A DNA stretch of 64,000 bases from Candidatus Pelearchaeum maunauluense (GTDB lineage Archaea > Thermoproteota > Nitrososphaeria_A > Caldarchaeales > Caldarchaeaceae), in NCBI GenBank assembly GCA_030059675.1, contig JANVYQ010000005.1:1-64000 (forward strand). Reading direction: 5' to 3'. Within the stretch, counting starts at the first letter, position 1; the number at the start of each line of letters is the position of its first letter. A program made the position numbers and the translations under genes. The notes below the pieces were generated by a model. It was not told where the DNA came from and searched no databases. It was given only the letters and a program-made list of their open reading frames with translations. Below, in pieces: positions 59,620 through 64,000 of this stretch.

Positions 59620-60336
59620 ATGGAGCGTCTGCCAGTGAATATACGCGCAAAGCCTGGTGATGTGGCTGAGGTGGCGATAACCGCTGGAGACCCAGCGCGC
59701 GTTGAGCAGCTTGCTTCAATGCTGCAGGACGTAAAGCTGGTGAATAAGAATCGCGGCTTACTGGTCTATACTGGCAAGTATCGTGGTAAGGGTGTTACTG
59801 TCGCCATGCACGGGATAGGCGGCCCCTCCTCCGCGATAGTGTTTGAGGAGCTGCACATGCTTGGGGCTAAGACAATAGTACGCTTGGGCTCATGCGGCGC
59901 TATGGTGAAGGAACTGGATATAGGTGATGTCGTTATAGCTACGGGCGCAGCATGTACGGGGGGTTCTCTCAAGATGTATATTCCAGACGGGATACTGCCA
60001 GCGGTTCCTGATATAGAGCTTACTCACAAGCTTATTGAGAAGTGCAGGTCTGAGAAGCTTAAGCATCTTGCGTGTGTTGTATTTAGCTCCGACGCCTTCT
60101 ATGCTGAAGACCCCAAGTTTGTGGAGAAATGGACCAGTAGGGGTGTGAAGGCTGTTGAGATGGAGTGCGCTACGTTGTTCTCCCTAGGTCTTCTAAGAGG
60201 CTTTAGGACAGCCTCTCTCTTGGTGGTGAGTGATAGCTTGGTTAAGCCTGAGCAGATGGAGATGGTTACTGCTGAGGTTTTGAAGCCCTACGTGGATAAG
60301 GCCGCGCGCGTCGTGCTTGACGTGCTTACTGAGTAG
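59620..60336 (+). CDS. Purine nucleoside / MTA phosphorylase (DeoD-like)
   Basis: GDPARV, RGL..YTG.Y, HGIGGPS, RLGSCG, SSDAFY, VEMECA. Confidence 0.92.
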   Translation: MERLPVNIRAKPGDVAEVAITAGDPARVEQLASMLQDVKLVNKNRGLLVYTGKYRGKGVTVAMHGIGGPSSAIVFEELHMLGAKTIVRLGSCGAMVKELDIGDVVIATGAACTGGSLKMYIPDGILPAVPDIELTHKLIEKCRSEKLKHLACVVFSSDAFYAEDPKFVEKWTSRGVKAVEMECATLFSLGLLRGFRTASLLVVSDSLVKPEQMEMVTAEVLKPYVDKAARVVLDVLTE

Positions 60337-62003
60337 CCCTCTACACCATATACACGCTCAGCTATCTCGCGGCTTATCAAACCATACTGCAAGTCTCGTA
60401 GAACTCGCTCCCTACTCCTTCTACGCGGCTCGCCATACCCACCGCCGCCCGCGGTTCTTATGATTAGCCTATCCCCTGGGCTTAGACGCGTCCTTGCCTT
60501 GGAGCTTAGGCGTATCACCTCGCCACTTCCCCGCTGGACAAGATATTCCGAGGGCTTCGCCCCAGTTCCTCCCCAAAGCCCCCAGGGAGCTATCCTACTC
60601 CTCTCACCAACTATCGTCACGTCTATCTCAGCGAGGGCTGTGAAGCTCCTCTCTATCCCGCAACCACCACGAAACTCCCCATGCCCCATGCTATCAGGCC
60701 TCAAAGAGTATGTGTTGAAGATTACTGGGTAGTAGAGCTCTATCACCTCTATAGGAGTGTTTAGGGTGTTTGTCATGTTTACGTGGATTCCATCTACTCC
60801 ATCTTTTCCGAGTCTTCCGCCGTAGCCGCCTCCTATCGTCTCGTAGAACGCCCAGCGCTCACCAGTTCGCGGATGGACGCCGCCCATCATTAGGTTAGTC
60901 ATAGAGCCATGCGCCGCCGCAGGTATCCTGTCTGGCACCGCATGAGAGAGCGCGCGGTATATCGCATCAACAATCCTCTGCGAGGTCTCCACATTACCAG
61001 CAGACACCGCAGCAGGCCAGCATGCATTAAGCATACATCCCTCAGGAGCATAAACCCTCACAGTCCTGTAGAAGCCGTCATTAACCTCAACATGATGCGA
61101 CAATATGCTCCTAACAGCAAACATGGACGCAGCAACCGTTACGCCATAAACGGTATTTACTGGGCCTTTTACCTGCTTCTCGGTGCCGCTGAAGTCCATC
61201 TCTATCCGCTTCGGCGATATGCTCACTTTCACGGCTATCCGCGCTGGTCTCTCTTCTCGCGCGCTTATTGTCTCTAGGTAGTCCTCTCCTACGTATTCTC
61301 CTTCTGGCATGCGTTCATACTCCAGCCTCACCGCCTTCTCGGTCTGGTCTAGTATCTCGCTACATGCTTCAAGGAAGGTCTTTGCGCCGTACCTGTTTAT
61401 TATCTCAGCTATGTTTCTAGCTCCCAGCGTGTTGGCCGCAAGCTGGGCGTGTAGGTCGCCAAGCGTTATGCTTGGCATCCTGACGTTCCGCGTAATCATC
61501 TCAAGCACTTCCCTGCTTGTTTTTCCGCGCCTGACGAGCTTCGTCGGAGGTATTACTATCCCCTCCTGATGAATCTCGTCGGCATCAGCGCTTATGCTCG
61601 CTGGAGAAGCTCCACCCACATCGGAGTGATGCGCCTTATTCGCTGCATACGCCACCAGCTCACCGCGATGAAAGACAGGCTGGATGAGCGTAATGTCGTT
61701 AAGATGAGTCCCAGAGATGTACGGGTCGTTTACTATGACTACATCACCTTCCTCAAGCTCCACCTCCTCCCTCTCTAGGTATTGTAGTGTGTTCCTGAGA
61801 CCTACTGGAAGTGAGCCGAGGTGTACTGGTATGTGCTCCGCCTGTCCGATGGTTCTTCCATAGGAGTCTAGCACGGCGCAGCTATGGTCAGCGCGCTCCC
61901 GTATGTTGGGCGAATATGCTGAGCGGCGTAAAGCTACGCCCATCTCCTCAGCAGTGTAGATGAGACTACGCTTTATCAGCTCAACAGTAGCCTTGTCTGG
62001 CAC
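60288..62003 (-). CDS. Hydantoinase B / 5-oxoprolinase beta subunit family
   Basis: AEEMG..L.RSAYSPNIRERAD.SC, HIPVHLG, NDPY..GTHLND, HHSDVGG, NTPIE, GGGGYG. Confidence 0.92.
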   Translation of the reverse strand: MPDKATVELIKRSLIYTAEEMGVALRRSAYSPNIRERADHSCAVLDSYGRTIGQAEHIPVHLGSLPVGLRNTLQYLEREEVELEEGDVVIVNDPYISGTHLNDITLIQPVFHRGELVAYAANKAHHSDVGGASPASISADADEIHQEGIVIPPTKLVRRGKTSREVLEMITRNVRMPSITLGDLHAQLAANTLGARNIAEIINRYGAKTFLEACSEILDQTEKAVRLEYERMPEGEYVGEDYLETISAREERPARIAVKVSISPKRIEMDFSGTEKQVKGPVNTVYGVTVAASMFAVRSILSHHVEVNDGFYRTVRVYAPEGCMLNACWPAAVSAGNVETSQRIVDAIYRALSHAVPDRIPAAAHGSMTNLMMGGVHPRTGERWAFYETIGGGYGGRLGKDGVDGIHVNMTNTLNTPIEVIELYYPVIFNTYSLRPDSMGHGEFRGGCGIERSFTALAEIDVTIVGERSRIAPWGLWGGTGAKPSEYLVQRGSGEVIRLSSKARTRLSPGDRLIIRTAGGGGYGEPRRRSRERVLRDLQYGLISREIAERVYGVEGYSVSTSSTTRAALST

Positions 62004-62050
62004 TGCCTATCCAACCGTCCTTACAAAGCCCAGCTCTTATATTCATTCCT

Positions 62051-62593
62051 CTACAAATGCTCAGGTAGTGAGAAGAAGGCTACTGCCTGTAATATAGCTG
62101 CTACGACTATTATTATGAAGCCCACCACGATTATCATAAGTGCTACTCCTATGAGGTATATGAGAGCGGCTCTGCTGAACATGCTTATGTTTAGAGCCTT
62201 GGCTATAGCATCGTAGCTCTTACGCAGGTATATCGCCGAGAAGAGCAGCAAAGCCCACGCTACAGCTATTACTATCAGAGTAGCAAGAGCTAGCTGCATC
62301 ATCCCCATAGCCGGCGTTGACATTAATGAGCCCCTCATGGTAGCTAATGTGAAGAAACTACCAACGGCGAATACCGCTATTGATAACGAGCCAACCACTA
62401 CGAGGATTACTGCTATGAGCATGTTCCTGAATATTGTTTCATCATTCACGGCATCAGCTATATCCTTCACCGCCACGAGTACTAGAATCAATCCTATGAG
62501 CATTAGGAGCGGCCCTACTATAGGGGCTATGGAGAGAACCATGAGTATAGAGCCTACGCCTCCTAGGGCTTTGGCTTGGCTTAACGAGCTCAC
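62051..62593 (-). CDS. DUF996 family membrane protein
   Basis: AK.LGGVGSIL, IGLILVLVA, IF.N.L, F..AA..Y.IG, VAFFSLP. Confidence 0.8.
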   Translation of the reverse strand: MSSLSQAKALGGVGSILMVLSIAPIVGPLLMLIGLILVLVAVKDIADAVNDETIFRNMLIAVILVVVGSLSIAVFAVGSFFTLATMRGSLMSTPAMGMMQLALATLIVIAVAWALLLFSAIYLRKSYDAIAKALNISMFSRAALIYLIGVALMIIVVGFIIIVVAAILQAVAFFSLPEHL

Positions 62594-62636
62594 AGCTACG
62601 GAGTATGTAGAGTCATATATAAAATGTGGGTTAGAT

Positions 62637-63138
62637 TTAGATGGCGCTCTTCAGCGTGTCAACGAGCTTGGCGAGCTCTTCAGAGACTCTCTTGACGGTC
62701 TCCGAGAGTCTGCTACTTCTCTGCTTCTCTTCTTCCAGCTGCTTTTTTTAGCCGATTCACTTCTTCCTCCAGCGCTGCTGTGTCAAGGGACTTCGTAGGT
62801 GCTGGAAACACGTCTGGGAGCGTTATATTCACGCCCTCCCTAGCAAACTTCTCATACGTCTCCCTAACTATCTGCCCAGCCTTTGTCTTACCCTGCAAGT
62901 GGTTTCTAATTGTTGCCTCACTCCTCCCTATCTCATCTGCTATCTGGCTCACGGATAGCTTGGCCTTCTCCCTAGCCAGCGCAGCAGCGACAGCAAGACT
63001 ATCAACCCAGGTCAATCGTTCCTCTGGATTACGCAGCTCCTCTATAACATCTGGCCTGAGTATGCTGCCTATAAGCAGGGCAGACTCAAGCTTATGTATC
63101 TGCTCTCTACCAACGGGTGAGAGAGGTACTTCGCTCAC
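62637..63138 (-). CDS. KaiC-associated HTH regulatory protein; C-terminal coiled coil split by a +1 frameshift at an A7 run (62743-62749)
   Basis: [39 protein letters not shown]; removing one A extends the frame to [36 protein letters not shown]. Confidence 0.75.
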
Positions 63139-63881
63139 GGCTCTTCACCCGCCACAACTCTAACAGTCTCACCCGCCTTAATAACTATGCCCTTATCAGT
63201 AATCTCAAACGGATGTCTATGCATGGAATGTGATGTTCCACGCATTTTCCATACGATTATGCTCCGCGTCAGCTCGCCTTTAACCTCGTCTAGGTCAAGC
63301 CTAACTATGCCGTCAGCTGCGTGTTCCACGCCTGGGCCTCCGAAGCCGCGCTCGGTGACGCTCACTTGGGAGATTAGGAGCGATGTGCAGCCCATGCCTG
63401 AGAGTATCTTCTTAAGCTGGAGAACCATGCTGCGCGCGAGGGCTGGCTTCGTGATGTATAGAGTTGTAACCGAATCAACCACGGCGCGAACCGCCTTCAC
63501 GCCGTGTATAGCTTCGCGAAGCACATCTATCAGGAGCTGGAAATCGTCTGGTGAGCGTACAACGTAGCGCTCGCGGCGTGCTGCCTCTCCTATGCCTGCT
63601 GTGAAAGCATCAACAATAGCAAGCTTGCCCTCATTCTCAAAACGTGTAGTGTCCCAGCCGAATTGAGCCATGGACATCCTAACTTGGACTGGATGCTCTT
63701 CAAGCACTACAAGAACTCCAGACTCCCCCTTAAGGAGACCATTATAGAGATATTGCTGGCCGAAGATTGACTTTCCAGTCCCAGGGCCTCCTGAGAGTAG
63801 AACCACATTCCTCTTGGGAATCCCTCCCCGTAAAATCTCGTCAAAGCCTGGGATTCCCGTAGATATTCTATTCAGAGTCAT
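63135..63881 (-). CDS. Single-domain KaiC/RecA-superfamily ATPase
   Basis: [52 protein letters not shown]. Confidence 0.93.
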   Translation of the reverse strand: MTLNRISTGIPGFDEILRGGIPKRNVVLLSGGPGTGKSIFGQQYLYNGLLKGESGVLVVLEEHPVQVRMSMAQFGWDTTRFENEGKLAIVDAFTAGIGEAARRERYVVRSPDDFQLLIDVLREAIHGVKAVRAVVDSVTTLYITKPALARSMVLQLKKILSGMGCTSLLISQVSVTERGFGGPGVEHAADGIVRLDLDEVKGELTRSIIVWKMRGTSHSMHRHPFEITDKGIVIKAGETVRVVAGEEP

Positions 63882-64000
63882 GTAAAACATAATGTAGCAT
63901 TAGGTCTTAAACATTTTACTCCACTCTCCTCACAATAAGCGTTTAGTTCCCTCTGGCTATGTGTATGTTTAGATATTTGTCAATCTCGGCTCTCCATCCA

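Noticed and set aside
62740-62752. Programmed -1 frameshift at the A7 run
   Set aside because: The coherent coiled-coil tail is in the +1 frame; the -1 frame gives a Ser/Arg-rich nonsense peptide.
1747-63567. Numerous 60-200 aa ORFs antisense to called genes (e.g. 1747-2340, 14119-14709, 33859-34281, 39382-39996, 54524-55048)
   Set aside because: Ser/Pro-rich shadow frames fully overlapping well-supported genes, with no motifs.
62637-63881. Circadian kai clock
   Set aside because: Single-domain KaiC-like ATPase with no KaiB or KaiA; a common archaeal family.
1-64000. CRISPR array, integrase, transposase or att duplication of tRNA 3' ends
   Set aside because: No regularly spaced repeats, mobility-gene motifs or second copy of either tRNA end were seen by eye; a short degenerate att could be missed.

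Overview
This is a gene-dense archaeal chromosome segment. TATA/BRE promoters about 32-35 nt before many start codons, frequent TTG/GTG starts, BHB-type tRNA introns and A/V-ATPase subunits point to a thermophilic TACK lineage, possibly Aigarchaeota/Caldarchaeales (inference). 1-9.8 kb holds housekeeping genes (DRG GTPase, ABC-2 exporter, HEPN-MNT pair, ATPase F/E, SurE, Lrp, argG), a tRNA-Leu(GAG) with three non-canonical introns and tRNA-Thr(GGT). 9.9-40 kb is a large catabolic cluster: a Liv-type ABC importer, three orphan xanthine-dehydrogenase-family Mo subunits, CoA-ligase and beta-oxidation-like enzymes, cyclase, FAH, M20 and nitrilase-family proteins and TrpB2. Several of these enzymes have rewritten catalytic motifs. 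40-57 kb is a branched-chain amino acid biosynthesis region (leuC, leuD, ilvC, ilvN, ilvB, leuA). It is interrupted by pseudogenes (protoglobin, SRPBCC, aconitase stub) and by an AT-rich island with a decayed NrfD plus TtrA-like molybdoenzyme operon. The leuA-ilvB-ilvN operon has a structured leader with a tri-leucine uORF, a candidate archaeal ribosome-mediated attenuator. 57-64 kb encodes a carboxyltransferase, BirA, nucleoside phosphorylase, hydantoinase B, DUF996 and a KaiC-like ATPase/HTH pair. No CRISPR array, rRNA, integrase or transposase was seen. All calls come from reading motifs by eye; no searches were run.
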